NCBI GenBank assembly: GCA_905479655.1
Contig: CAJQNK010000076.1
Location: 331 to 64,330 of the forward strand
DNA length: 64,000 bases
Direction of reading: 5' to 3'
Source of the DNA: an uncultured bacterium
GTDB taxonomy: Bacteria; Acidobacteriota; Thermoanaerobaculia; Multivoradales; JAHEKO01
Shown here piece after piece: positions 54,140 through 63,756 of the stretch; position 1 is the first letter of the stretch; the number at the start of each line of letters is the position of its first letter. Position numbers and translations under genes: made by a program. The notes below the pieces were generated by a model. That model was not told where the DNA came from. It ran no database searches and was given only the letters and a program-made list of their open reading frames with translations.

Positions 54140-55731
54140 GGTTCGGTGTTGAAGACGTCGATGGTCTGATCGCCGGGGTCCTGCGTCTCCAGTCCGACCT
54201 CGAGCACGTCGTCGTTCTTCACCACTCGTTTCATGTCCTTCTGGGCCTGGACGAAGACCTCCTCCTCCCCCGCCTTGTCCTCGAAGCGGATCTCGTTGTA
54301 ACCCTCGGCCGGACCCCCCGGTGAAGTGGCCGACTTCCAAGCGCTCTTGGTCGGCTCCTCCTCCACGTAGGGCACCGTCTGCTCAGCGTTGTAGACGGAT
54401 CCGGTGACCAGCGGCCGATCGGGATCGCCGTTCTCGAACGTCACCACGACCTCCTGGCCGATCCGCGGCGTCGAGACCCAACCCCAGGACTTGCCCGCCC
54501 AACCGTGGGCCACACGGATCCAGCAGGAGCTGTTCTCATCCTTGACCCCCACCCGGTCCCAGTGGAACTGCACCTTGACCCGGCCGTAGGCGTCGTTGTA
54601 GATCTCCTCGCCCGCCGGCCCGACGACCAGCGCGGTCTGCGCCCCCGCGATCGTCGGCCTGGGATAGGTGCTCGACGGTCGATACGGCACGTCGGAGGGG
54701 TAGGCCACGATCTGGTTCTGGTAGACCCCGACGGCAGCCTGGTAGGAGACCTGACCGACGTAGTACTCGCGGTTCAGCTCGCTTCGGTAGTGGCCCTTCA
54801 GCGTGAACTTGAAACCCGGCACCAGGGCTGGCGCTCGTGTGTCGGCGCGCAAGATCTGCCGTTGGCTCTCGTAGGACTCGATGCGATTCGCGGCCCGGAG
54901 CGCACCCTCGTCGCTCGTCAGGAACCCCCCTGGGTACTCGAAGACCTCGAGGTCACCCGCCACGACGCTCGCTACCTCGGCGGTGACGACATTGGGCGCG
55001 TTCTCGAAGTCGAAGTCCACCATCGCGGCCTTGCCGGGGATCACCTTGTCTTCCCAGGTGCAGCTCGTGAGCCGATTCTGCAAGACGTACTCGCCCGCGC
55101 TTCCATACTCGATCTCCGCGCCGCCGGGAGCCACCTCGAGAGAACTCGGGTCGTCGACCAGAACCAGCGTGTGCTGATCCTCCGCATGCTGGAAGTAGTA
55201 GGCGATCCCAGCCCCGGCGAGGAGGCGATCGATGAAAGCGAGGGTCGTCTCGTCGTACTGGACGGTGTAAGCCCTTGGCTCGTAGGTCGCCGTCAGCCCC
55301 GAACGGTCGATCCGGACCTTGTCCTTGACCAGAGCGTCGAGATCGGGGTCGCCGAGGATCTCCTCCACGATGTCCGGAACGCTCTGGTCCTGGAAGATCC
55401 GACAGTCCGCGTCGAAGTCCAGCAACCAGAGCCACGGGTAGACGTCCGCGTAGTAGATCGCCCACCCTTCCCGGGTCCCGCCCTGGGCCACGCGGCCGAC
55501 CACACCGTTGAGGTACCGGTGATCGGTCCCGTCGTCCGCCAGCCGAATCCCGACGGTCACGCTCTGCCCGATCAGCGAGGCGAGGTCCAGGGCCAGGTTC
55601 TCCGACACCATCTCGAGCCCGAGATGGAACATCCCAGAGATCCTCTCCTCCCCACGAATCCGCTCCAGGTGAAGGACATCGGGCCCCAAGGGGGTCGTCA
55701 GCTCGAAGAAATGCAGGCTCGGATCGGCCAT
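54136..55731 (-). CDS. vgrG: VgrG (TssI) gp27/gp5-like body, 531 aa
   Basis: FFELTTPLGPDVLHLERIRGEERISGMF.., RVAHGWAGKSWGWVSTPRIGQEVVVTFENGDPDRPLVTGSVYN, EEVFVQAQKD. Confidence 0.85.
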   Translation of the reverse strand: MADPSLHFFELTTPLGPDVLHLERIRGEERISGMFHLGLEMVSENLALDLASLIGQSVTVGIRLADDGTDHRYLNGVVGRVAQGGTREGWAIYYADVYPWLWLLDFDADCRIFQDQSVPDIVEEILGDPDLDALVKDKVRIDRSGLTATYEPRAYTVQYDETTLAFIDRLLAGAGIAYYFQHAEDQHTLVLVDDPSSLEVAPGGAEIEYGSAGEYVLQNRLTSCTWEDKVIPGKAAMVDFDFENAPNVVTAEVASVVAGDLEVFEYPGGFLTSDEGALRAANRIESYESQRQILRADTRAPALVPGFKFTLKGHYRSELNREYYVGQVSYQAAVGVYQNQIVAYPSDVPYRPSSTYPRPTIAGAQTALVVGPAGEEIYNDAYGRVKVQFHWDRVGVKDENSSCWIRVAHGWAGKSWGWVSTPRIGQEVVVTFENGDPDRPLVTGSVYNAEQTVPYVEEEPTKSAWKSATSPGGPAEGYNEIRFEDKAGEEEVFVQAQKDMKRVVKNDDVLEVGLETQDPGDQTIDVFNTEP

Positions 55732-55735
55732 GGAC

Positions 55736-58408
55736 TCAGCCCTCCACCCTGTAGGCGAGGCCCCCGCTCTCGCCCAGCGAGACGTGGACCTCGGTGAAGC
55801 TCGCCCCCTCGGCCATCCGGCCGAGCAGCTCGGCCGAGAGCTCGGGCAGCAGGGTCTGACCGAGGAGGAAGTCGACGTTGCGGGCTCCCGTGTCGCGATG
55901 GCCGCTTCTCGCCGCGATGTCCTCCACGACCGCGTCGTCCCAGGTGAGCTCGGCGACGTGCCGCTCGCGGATCCGCCGCCGGATCTCCTCGAGCTTCAAC
56001 CGCACGATGGCCCGGATGTGCCCGACCTCGAGCGGGTAGTAGGGAACCACGACGAGACGGCCCAGGAGGGCCGGCCTGAAATGTGCCACGAGGGCTGAAC
56101 GCACCGCCTCGGTCAGCTCCCCTGGGGACGGCCTCTCCCCTCCCGCTGCCGCGGAGCAGGCGTCGAGGATCACCTCCGATGCGAGGTTGGTGGTCAGCAG
56201 CAGGATCGTGTTGCGGAAGTCCACGGGCACGCCCTCTCCGTCCTCCAGGGTGCCCTTGTCGAACACCTGGTAGAAGAGCTGCATGACGTCTCCGTGGGCC
56301 TTCTCCGCCTCGTCCAGCAGGACGACGCTGTAGGGGCGTCGGCGGACCGCCTCCGTCAGCACGCCCCCCTCCCCGTAGCCGACGTAACCGGGAGGCGAGC
56401 CCTTCAGAGTGGCGACCGAGTGCCCCTCCTGGAACTCGGACATGTTGAGGGAGACCATGTTCCGCGAGCCGCCATAGAGGAGATCGGAGAGGACGATCGC
56501 GGTCTCGGTCTTGCCGACGCCGCTCGGGCCCACGAGGAGGAACACCCCCTGGGGCTTGCTCGGATCGTCGAGCTCCGCCCGGGTGGTGCTGATTCGCCGG
56601 GCGATCACGGAGAGCGCCTGGGGTTGGCCGACCAGGCGCTCCGCCATCCTCTCCTCGAGCGACAGGACGCCCTGAATCTCGTCCGCCAGCATGCGGCCCA
56701 CCGGGATCCCGGTCCAACCGGAGATCACCGAAGTCACCACCCGGGTGTCGACGTGTCGAGGCACCAGCGGCTCCGCTCCCGCCAGTCGCTCGTACTCCTC
56801 GACGAGGCCGGCCAGCCGCGCAACGGGGTCGGTTTCGGAGGAGTCGGTCCCCTCCTCCCCGTTCGCGATGCCCGCCTCGAGCTCCAGGATCTCCCCCACC
56901 ACCTCGAGCTCCCTCTCCCACCGCTCAGACAACGCGGCGCGCTCGCCCTCCAACTCGCGGCGCCGCACCTGGAGGCGCTCAACGGCCTCGCCGTGATCCT
57001 CACCGGTGGCCCGCTCCCGCTCGAGCGCCTCGATCTCGAGAATCACGGGCTGAAGCCTCCGATCCAGCTCCTCCACCGCGGGCGGTGTCCCGTCCAGAGC
57101 CAGAGCCACGCGGGCGCAGGCGGTATCGAGGACGCTGATCGCGCTGTCCGGGAGTCGGCGCTCGGAGAGATAGCGAGCCGAGAGTCGCACGGCGCTCCGC
57201 ACCGCCTCGTCGCGGATTCGGACACCGTGGTGATCGGCGAGATTGACCGCCACCGCCCGCAGCATGTCGACGGCCGCCTCCTCCTCCGGTTCGTCGACCC
57301 GCACCAACTGGAAGCGCCGGGTCAGCGCCGGGTCCTTCTCGAAGTACTTCTTGTACTCGGCCCAGGTCGTCGCGGCGATCGTCCGCACCTCGCCTCGGGC
57401 CAGGGCCGGCTTGAGCAGATTCGCCGCGTCGCCCTGACCCGCCGCCCCGCCGGCGCCGATCAGGTTGTGGGCCTCGTCGACGAACAGGATCACCGGCCTC
57501 GGCGCCGTCCGCACTTCGTCGATCACCTTCTTCAGCCGCTCCTCGAACTCGCCCTTGATTCCCGCGCCCGCCTGCAGAAGGCCCAGATCGAGGATCCGGA
57601 CCGAGATGTCGCGAAGCGCCGACGGCACGTCCTCGGCGGCAACCCTCCGAGCAAACCCCTCGACGATGGCCGTCTTCCCGACCCCGGCGTCACCAACCAG
57701 AATCGGGTTGTTCTGACGACGGCGGGTCAGGATGTCGATCACCTGCCGGATCTCGCGAGATCGCCCCCGAATCGGATCGATTCTCCCCGCTGCCGCCTCG
57801 GCCGTCAGGTCGATCGTGTAGGCACCGAGCGACGGGGTCTGGGAGGGCGTTTCACGACCGGGGGCCCGAGCCGCAGCAGCCGTCGACGAGCGCGTCCCGA
57901 GGGGCCGGCCAGACCCGCCGACGGTGGCCCTCTCCTCGTCCGAGTGGGGCAGCAAGTCGGGCAGGTCGGCCTGGAGCCGGTCCAGTGAAAGGGCGGTCAA
58001 CCCCGGGCAGGAGTCGACGACGATCTGACGGAACTCCTCGCCCTCGACCAGCGCCTTGAGGACGGCGCCGGAGCGCACGGTCGGAGCCCCGAGCTCGACG
58101 GAGGACACGAGCCAGGCCTGCTGGAGGAGCCTCGGCAACTGCGGTGACATCGCGGGAGTCCGGCTGCTCCCCCGCCGGAAGCCGTCGAGGGCGCCGGTGA
58201 GCTCCTTCGCCAGAGAGTCGCGGTCGACCTCGTAGTAGCGCAGGACGACCCGGAGATCGGTGCCCTCCGCTTCCAGGAGCTCCAGCAGGAAGTGCTCGAC
58301 CTCCACGTTGTAGTGGGTCTGAGCGACGCATCGACCCGCGGCGGTCTCCAGCGCGCGACGACAGACCGGATTGAGCTTCTCGATCAGCCCCTTGAGATCC
58401 ATCGTCAT
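55736..58408 (-). CDS. clpV: ClpV (TssH) AAA+ ATPase, intact
   Basis: 890 aa with a full N-domain. GDAGVGKTAIVEGFA / ILFVDEAHNLIGAG and LLVGPSGVGKTETAIVLS / VVLLDEAEKAH. ATGA overlap with tssG. Confidence 0.9.
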   Translation of the reverse strand: MTMDLKGLIEKLNPVCRRALETAAGRCVAQTHYNVEVEHFLLELLEAEGTDLRVVLRYYEVDRDSLAKELTGALDGFRRGSSRTPAMSPQLPRLLQQAWLVSSVELGAPTVRSGAVLKALVEGEEFRQIVVDSCPGLTALSLDRLQADLPDLLPHSDEERATVGGSGRPLGTRSSTAAAARAPGRETPSQTPSLGAYTIDLTAEAAAGRIDPIRGRSREIRQVIDILTRRRQNNPILVGDAGVGKTAIVEGFARRVAAEDVPSALRDISVRILDLGLLQAGAGIKGEFEERLKKVIDEVRTAPRPVILFVDEAHNLIGAGGAAGQGDAANLLKPALARGEVRTIAATTWAEYKKYFEKDPALTRRFQLVRVDEPEEEAAVDMLRAVAVNLADHHGVRIRDEAVRSAVRLSARYLSERRLPDSAISVLDTACARVALALDGTPPAVEELDRRLQPVILEIEALERERATGEDHGEAVERLQVRRRELEGERAALSERWERELEVVGEILELEAGIANGEEGTDSSETDPVARLAGLVEEYERLAGAEPLVPRHVDTRVVTSVISGWTGIPVGRMLADEIQGVLSLEERMAERLVGQPQALSVIARRISTTRAELDDPSKPQGVFLLVGPSGVGKTETAIVLSDLLYGGSRNMVSLNMSEFQEGHSVATLKGSPPGYVGYGEGGVLTEAVRRRPYSVVLLDEAEKAHGDVMQLFYQVFDKGTLEDGEGVPVDFRNTILLLTTNLASEVILDACSAAAGGERPSPGELTEAVRSALVAHFRPALLGRLVVVPYYPLEVGHIRAIVRLKLEEIRRRIRERHVAELTWDDAVVEDIAARSGHRDTGARNVDFLLGQTLLPELSAELLGRMAEGASFTEVHVSLGESGGLAYRVEG

Positions 58409-59454
58409 GTCGCGCCTTCTTCCCCGAAGAGCGCCAGGATGGCGACCTGGCGATCGTCCTCCGGCGTCGGCCTGGTCTTGAGCCAGGTCGTCCAGCCCAG
58501 CCGGGGACCGTCACCGCGTCCCAATCTCAGCTCGGGAACCTCCTCGGCCTCGAGGATCAGGCGGGCGCGAAAGAAGAGCTCGTGCCCGGAGTAGAAGCCG
58601 ACGAGCGAGCGCAACGGCTCCCAGGCTTCACCGATCGGCAGGAAGTCCAGGAAGGTGTCGAATCCCATCGGCCCCAGGCGTAACTCGAAGCCAGCCTCCT
58701 GATCCCACACGCGACGGGCGAGGACCGCGTCGCGCCCGAGGGTCCGGTTGCGACCCGAAGCGCCGATCGCTGTGAGTTGATCCTCTTCCAGCCGGTACCA
58801 GCGCCCCTGGTAGGGTTCGACCTCGGCGCGCACACCGAAGTGACCCTCCACGACCCGCTCCGTCCCGACCATGGTCCGGGCGACCCGGGACAGCAGCCCG
58901 GCGGCGGGCAGGAGCGACCGGTCGGGAAACGCCAGCCGCCGACGGACCGACTCGGTGCCGAGCCCGAAGAACCCGAAGGCGGCTCGGGCGGCTCTCGCCT
59001 CGTCGGGCGCACGCCACTCCATCGCCGTCCGATGGCGGCGCCGGATCTCGAACAGAATCGAGACCAACCGGTGGTTGAAGATGTCGAGGAAATCGCGCGG
59101 CGCGGTATCGTGTTCCGCGATCCTCCGTTGGATCTCCTCGACGAAGCTCCTGGGCAGCGGGCCCTGCACGCTGGCGAGGCCCAGGAAGTTGACCGTCAGC
59201 GTCGGCGGCTCACCGGGATTCCGAGGCTCGTCGAGCCGCTCGATGTCACTCGGAGGAAAGTCCAGGGCCACGCGGGAACGGAAGCGCACCGCCTCCCTGG
59301 ACGGCTCCACTCCCGTACCGACGCCGTGCCGCCCCGGGTCGAGCATCTCCAGGATCTTCACCGCCTGGAAGAAGTCGAAGCGGTGGGGCTCCTGGAAGAG
59401 GCCCTCCTCTACAGAAGAATCTTCTCGCCAGCCGAAGGTCGCCAACGCTTCCAC
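58405..59454 (-). CDS. tssG: T6SS baseplate protein TssG
   Basis: PHRFDFFQAVKILE..NFLGLASVQGPLP. GTG start, uncertain. 46-nt overlap with tssF. Confidence 0.8.
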   Translation of the reverse strand: MEALATFGWREDSSVEEGLFQEPHRFDFFQAVKILEMLDPGRHGVGTGVEPSREAVRFRSRVALDFPPSDIERLDEPRNPGEPPTLTVNFLGLASVQGPLPRSFVEEIQRRIAEHDTAPRDFLDIFNHRLVSILFEIRRRHRTAMEWRAPDEARAARAAFGFFGLGTESVRRRLAFPDRSLLPAAGLLSRVARTMVGTERVVEGHFGVRAEVEPYQGRWYRLEEDQLTAIGASGRNRTLGRDAVLARRVWDQEAGFELRLGPMGFDTFLDFLPIGEAWEPLRSLVGFYSGHELFFRARLILEAEEVPELRLGRGDGPRLGWTTWLKTRPTPEDDRQVAILALFGEEGAT

Positions 59455-61223
59455 TCACCTTCCCTTTGAAAGCTCCGGATCGCCACCTCGGTGAACGAGT
59501 TCGTGGAGCTGTAGAGCGCAAAGAAACGACTGAGAACGGAGCCCAGGAGGAAGGCGTTGGTGCCGACGTAGGACTCCTCGTCGAAGACCAGCGTGATCTC
59601 GTCTCCACGGCAGAAGCCGCGCCAGGCCTCCGCGCCCAACTGCCTCAGGACCCTCCGATGGTACATCTCCCGGATGCCGTTGATCTGCTGGTGCACGGCC
59701 GCGGATTCCGAGAAGCTGTAGAGCTTCAGGATCTCCTTCAGCGCCGTCAGGCTCTCGGGTCCACCGGTCAGAGACAGGTGATTGAGGGAGAGGTGGGACA
59801 GCAGACGCCACAGGGTCTGGCCCTCGATCGGCGGCTGAGCCACCGCCGTGGGCTTGTGCAGCGCGACGATGCTCGATGCGGGGAGGGCCTCGTCGGTCCG
59901 GAGTAGCCCCATCGCGGGGATCTGTCGCGCGAGACTCCGGTTGTGGCACAGGGTCCGTGCGTAGACGACGTCGGTCGGAGGTCGCGTCGGCGTCATGTCC
60001 AGATCGAGGAACGAGAGCTGGATGTCGGTGCCCTCGACGCCGGGCAGGAAGCTCGGAACCCGGCGACCGTGCCAGTACGCGCGATGCCCCCGCTCGACCA
60101 TCGCGTGGTCGTAGGAGTAGAACGGCCGGTACCGCTTCGTCTCGTCGGAGAAGTCCGAGGTCCCCGACACCTCCAGGATGGAGTGGATCTCGGTGACCCG
60201 TTCCCGGCGATGGTCGGGAACGAGCCGGTACTCGGTCGATCTCTGGTCGACTCGGATCGGCTCGGTTGTCTTCGTGAAGAGGTTGATCGCGGGTGTACAG
60301 CCCAGCGGGAAGGTGTTGCGGTCGATGCTGAGTCTCGTCCCCGGCGCACGGCTCAGGAGGAAGAGGAGCTCGATCGACCGCTCGGCCCCACTGCGGTCCA
60401 GGCCTTCGACGTCGAAGAACGAGAACTTCTCCGGGAAGTGGAAGTACTCCTGAAACAGCCGATAGGCCGGTTGCGATTGCCGCGGGTAAGGGATGACCTC
60501 CTCGTCCAGGCCGAAGCCGACCGGCCGGACCCCCGTCTCCGGATCCAGGAAGCGAGGCCTCTTCTCCGAATCCGCCAAGAGAGCCACTCGCCACACCTGC
60601 GCGAACAGGAGCTCGTACAGCGACGCGACCAGGAGCCTGTCGCCGGAGATGTAGAAGCGCAACCGTCGGAGGTCGAGATCCGTGAAGGGATCTGCCCGGG
60701 TCTCGATCCGGATCCTCAGGACGGTGGCGACCTCCGTGGCGGCGTCGAGAAAGTCGTAGTGGTCCGGCGAGACGAATCCCGCCTCGACGACCTCGATCGG
60801 CCACAGGGTGACCGGATAGCAGGTCCGGAAGCGGCAGATCTGACCCTGGCCGGAGTGCAGGTAGAGCCTGGTCCCCCGATCGATCTCGTGTCCTTCCGTC
60901 AACTTGCCCCGCTGGGCATCGACCTGGAAACGAGCGACGGTCATGGACGGCACCGGATTCAGATAGTGCGGATGGAGCAGGTTCAGCAGCTCCGCGGCAA
61001 TCTCCGGAAAGCCGCCGTCGATGTTCCTCTGGAGGCGCGCCGTGAGGAAGGCGAACGACTCGATGAGCCGCTCGACGTGCGGGTCGGGCGATTCGTCCGC
61101 TTGCAGCTCCAGGCGACCGGCGACCTTGGGATAGCGCCGGGCGAACTCGACGCCCATGCGACGCAGGTAGGTCAGCTCACGCCAGTAGTAACGGAGAAAG
61201 GCCTCCTGTTCATGTCGTTGCAT
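59409..61223 (-). CDS. tssF: T6SS baseplate protein TssF
   Basis: FLRYYWRELTYLRRMGVEFARRYPKVAGRL, 604 aa. Confidence 0.85.
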   Translation of the reverse strand: MQRHEQEAFLRYYWRELTYLRRMGVEFARRYPKVAGRLELQADESPDPHVERLIESFAFLTARLQRNIDGGFPEIAAELLNLLHPHYLNPVPSMTVARFQVDAQRGKLTEGHEIDRGTRLYLHSGQGQICRFRTCYPVTLWPIEVVEAGFVSPDHYDFLDAATEVATVLRIRIETRADPFTDLDLRRLRFYISGDRLLVASLYELLFAQVWRVALLADSEKRPRFLDPETGVRPVGFGLDEEVIPYPRQSQPAYRLFQEYFHFPEKFSFFDVEGLDRSGAERSIELLFLLSRAPGTRLSIDRNTFPLGCTPAINLFTKTTEPIRVDQRSTEYRLVPDHRRERVTEIHSILEVSGTSDFSDETKRYRPFYSYDHAMVERGHRAYWHGRRVPSFLPGVEGTDIQLSFLDLDMTPTRPPTDVVYARTLCHNRSLARQIPAMGLLRTDEALPASSIVALHKPTAVAQPPIEGQTLWRLLSHLSLNHLSLTGGPESLTALKEILKLYSFSESAAVHQQINGIREMYHRRVLRQLGAEAWRGFCRGDEITLVFDEESYVGTNAFLLGSVLSRFFALYSSTNSFTEVAIRSFQREGEWKRWRPSAGEKILL

Positions 61224-61683
61224 TGACCTCCGATCCTCCCGGCTCGCTACCGATCCGTGCCGGGAAGGATACGGGCTCCTCGATCGAAGCCACCACGAGC
61301 GTCGCGTCTACCTGAGCTCGGAAGGGCCGGTAACGCCCCTGGAAGCCCTCGACGGTCACCTTGACGCCTCGTAGTCTCGGCTCGAACGCCTCGATCGCCC
61401 GCGCGAGAATCGCGCCGAGGCGGTTCTCGTCCCGGGGATTCCCAGGCGAGAAGCCGAAGAAGTCGGGGATACCGTAGTCGACGACGCTCCACTCGTAGTC
61501 GTCGGCCATCCGGTGCGCCGCGAGCGGGATGCGAGTGTTGAACAGCCGCTCCAGCTCACGACGCACCGACTCCTTCAGCTCTCTGCGGCTCAGCGACCGC
61601 TGCGGCCTGGGCTCCTGCGAGACCCCGGGCTCGCGATCGGTCAGCCGATCGAACAGAGGCATCCGAACGCGTACGTTGGCCAT
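61210..61683 (-). CDS. tssE: T6SS baseplate protein TssE (gp25-like)
   Basis: PLFDRLTD..SVRRELERLFNTR..DYGIPDF, 157 aa. Confidence 0.8.
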   Translation of the reverse strand: MANVRVRMPLFDRLTDREPGVSQEPRPQRSLSRRELKESVRRELERLFNTRIPLAAHRMADDYEWSVVDYGIPDFFGFSPGNPRDENRLGAILARAIEAFEPRLRGVKVTVEGFQGRYRPFRAQVDATLVVASIEEPVSFPARIGSEPGGSEVNATT

Positions 61684-61692
61684 GCCCCTGTT

Positions 61693-62199
61693 CTAGGCGA
61701 TGTCCTTCGTCCGCAGATCGTGACTCGCGGGGATGTCTCCCTGCTTCTGCCCCTGAGAGTCCGACTTGCCATAGGTCGTCGTGATCTTGCCGTAGGACAT
61801 CGCGAAGCTCTCCGTCCCGGCGCTACCCGGCGAGCCGCTGATGTTGTGGTTCTGGATCACCACGTCCTCCAGCTCGATCTTGAAGTACGGGAGGTTCTCC
61901 TCCGAGGTCTTGCCGCCGGTCGACGCGACACAGCTCAGCGTGGCCTTGTCGAGGTGGTCGCCGGACCAGCAGATGCGTTGGAGCTCCGGCGTCGTCGTGT
62001 CGATCTCCTTGACCACCATCACCGGATCATGGGTCGCCTGCTCGATCGTGGACTTGCCCCCCGAGCTTCGGGAGCCGCCCGTCGGCTGGCTCGCCGAGTG
62101 GCTGAAGCTGATCAGCTCGATCTGGTTCTCGTAGCCCTTGGCGGTACTCCCGCCCTCGATGTCGGGACCTTCGAACTTCAGGAAAAATGCCTGTGACAT
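61693..62199 (-). CDS. hcp: Hcp (TssD) tube protein
   Basis: AFFLKFEGPDIEGGSTAKGYENQIELISFSH.., 168 aa. AAGGAG RBS. Confidence 0.85.
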   Translation of the reverse strand: MSQAFFLKFEGPDIEGGSTAKGYENQIELISFSHSASQPTGGSRSSGGKSTIEQATHDPVMVVKEIDTTTPELQRICWSGDHLDKATLSCVASTGGKTSEENLPYFKIELEDVVIQNHNISGSPGSAGTESFAMSYGKITTTYGKSDSQGQKQGDIPASHDLRTKDIA

Positions 62200-62256
62200 C
62201 CCTCATACTCCTTTCGATGCTGTTCTGTTCAGGCTCCAGGCTCCACCGGTCTCGGC

Positions 62257-63741
62257 CTAGGCGGCCGGCGGTGGCAGCTCCGCCACGAGGCGGATCGACG
62301 TGGTCAGCTCCTCGAGCTGGAAATGGGGCCTCAGGAACGCCACGGCCTTGAAGGCTCCCGGCCGCCCCGGGATCTCGGAGACGTCCACGCGAGCCTCCCG
62401 CAGAGGATACCGGGCCTTGTGCTCCTGTCCGGCGTTGTCCGTCGCGAGCACGTAGTTGGCGATCCAGTTGTTGAGGAAGCTGCCGATCGTCTCCGCGGTC
62501 TGGAAGCTGCCGATCTTGTCGCGGCAGATCACCTTCAGGAAGTGGGCGAAGCGTGACGCCGCGAGCATGTACGGCAGCATGGTGGAGAGCTGCGCGTTCG
62601 CGTTGGCGGCGTCGGTCGAATACACCGACGGCTTCTGCACCGTCCGACCACCGAAGAAGGCCGCGTAGTCGGTGCCCTTGCAGTGGCACAGGGAGATGAA
62701 CCCCAGCTTGTTGAGCTCGTTCTCGCGCCGGTCCGTGATCGCGATCTCCGTGGGGCACTTCAGCGCGATGTCTCCCTCGTCCGTCTTGAACGTGTGGGTC
62801 GGGAGGCCCTCGACCAGACCACCCCCCTCGACTCCGCGAATCGCCGCGCACCAGCCGTAGAGCGCGAAGGCGTTGGTGATCCGCTGTCCCAGGGCCCACG
62901 CCGCACTGCCCCACAGGTACCTGTTGTGGTCTCTCCCGTCGACGTCCTCGAGGAAGTCGAACTCCTCGACCGGCTTGGTCGCTGGCCCGTAGGGCAAACG
63001 GAGCAGAATCCGAGGCAGCGCGAGGGAGACGTAACGCGAGTCGTCGCTCTTCTGGAACGATCGCCACTTGACGAGCTCGGTACTCTCGAAGATCTTCGCG
63101 AGATCGCGCGGATCGCCGAGCTGGGCGAACGACTCCATGTCGAAGAGCAGAGGGCTGGCGCCCGCCACGAGGGGCGCATGCGCCGCCGCCGCGACGTTGG
63201 AGAGCTTCTCCATCAGCGCCATGTCCTGGGGATGTCGACCGAACTCGAAGTCGCTCACGAGCAGGCCGAACGGGTTGCCACCGAAGGTCCCGTACTCCTC
63301 CTCGTAGACCTTCTTGAAGAGCTGGCTCTGATCGAACTCCGGCGCCTTCTCCAGGTCCTTGAGAAGCTCTGCCTTCGCCACGGGCATGAGCCTCAGCTTC
63401 AGCATCTCGCCGGTCTCCGTGTTCATCACGAGGTAGTTGAGCCCTCTCCAGGACGACTCGAGCTGCTGGAAGTCCGGGTGATGCATGATCTCGTTGAGCT
63501 GCCGACTCAGCAGCTCGTCGATCTGAGCGATTCGCGACTCGATGGTAGCGACCGTGTCGGCCTCGACCGTCATGCCCTCGTCGAGGATCTGATTGACGAA
63601 CTCGCCGACCAGATCCTTGGCGTACGGCACCTGGTCTTCGTTGATGGCCATGCGTCCCTTGGCCACGATCTGATCCAGCATCGACCCCTGCTCGGTCTTC
63701 TCGGCCGATGCCTTCGCTTGCTCTTTCTTTTCTTTCGCCAT
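62257..63741 (-). CDS. tssC: T6SS sheath large subunit TssC (VipB)
   Basis: HHPDFQQLESSWRGLNYLV..LALPRILLRLPYG..494 aa. Confidence 0.9.
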   Translation of the reverse strand: MAKEKKEQAKASAEKTEQGSMLDQIVAKGRMAINEDQVPYAKDLVGEFVNQILDEGMTVEADTVATIESRIAQIDELLSRQLNEIMHHPDFQQLESSWRGLNYLVMNTETGEMLKLRLMPVAKAELLKDLEKAPEFDQSQLFKKVYEEEYGTFGGNPFGLLVSDFEFGRHPQDMALMEKLSNVAAAAHAPLVAGASPLLFDMESFAQLGDPRDLAKIFESTELVKWRSFQKSDDSRYVSLALPRILLRLPYGPATKPVEEFDFLEDVDGRDHNRYLWGSAAWALGQRITNAFALYGWCAAIRGVEGGGLVEGLPTHTFKTDEGDIALKCPTEIAITDRRENELNKLGFISLCHCKGTDYAAFFGGRTVQKPSVYSTDAANANAQLSTMLPYMLAASRFAHFLKVICRDKIGSFQTAETIGSFLNNWIANYVLATDNAGQEHKARYPLREARVDVSEIPGRPGAFKAVAFLRPHFQLEELTTSIRLVAELPPPAA

Positions 63742-63756
63742 TGCGATCTCCGTTCC

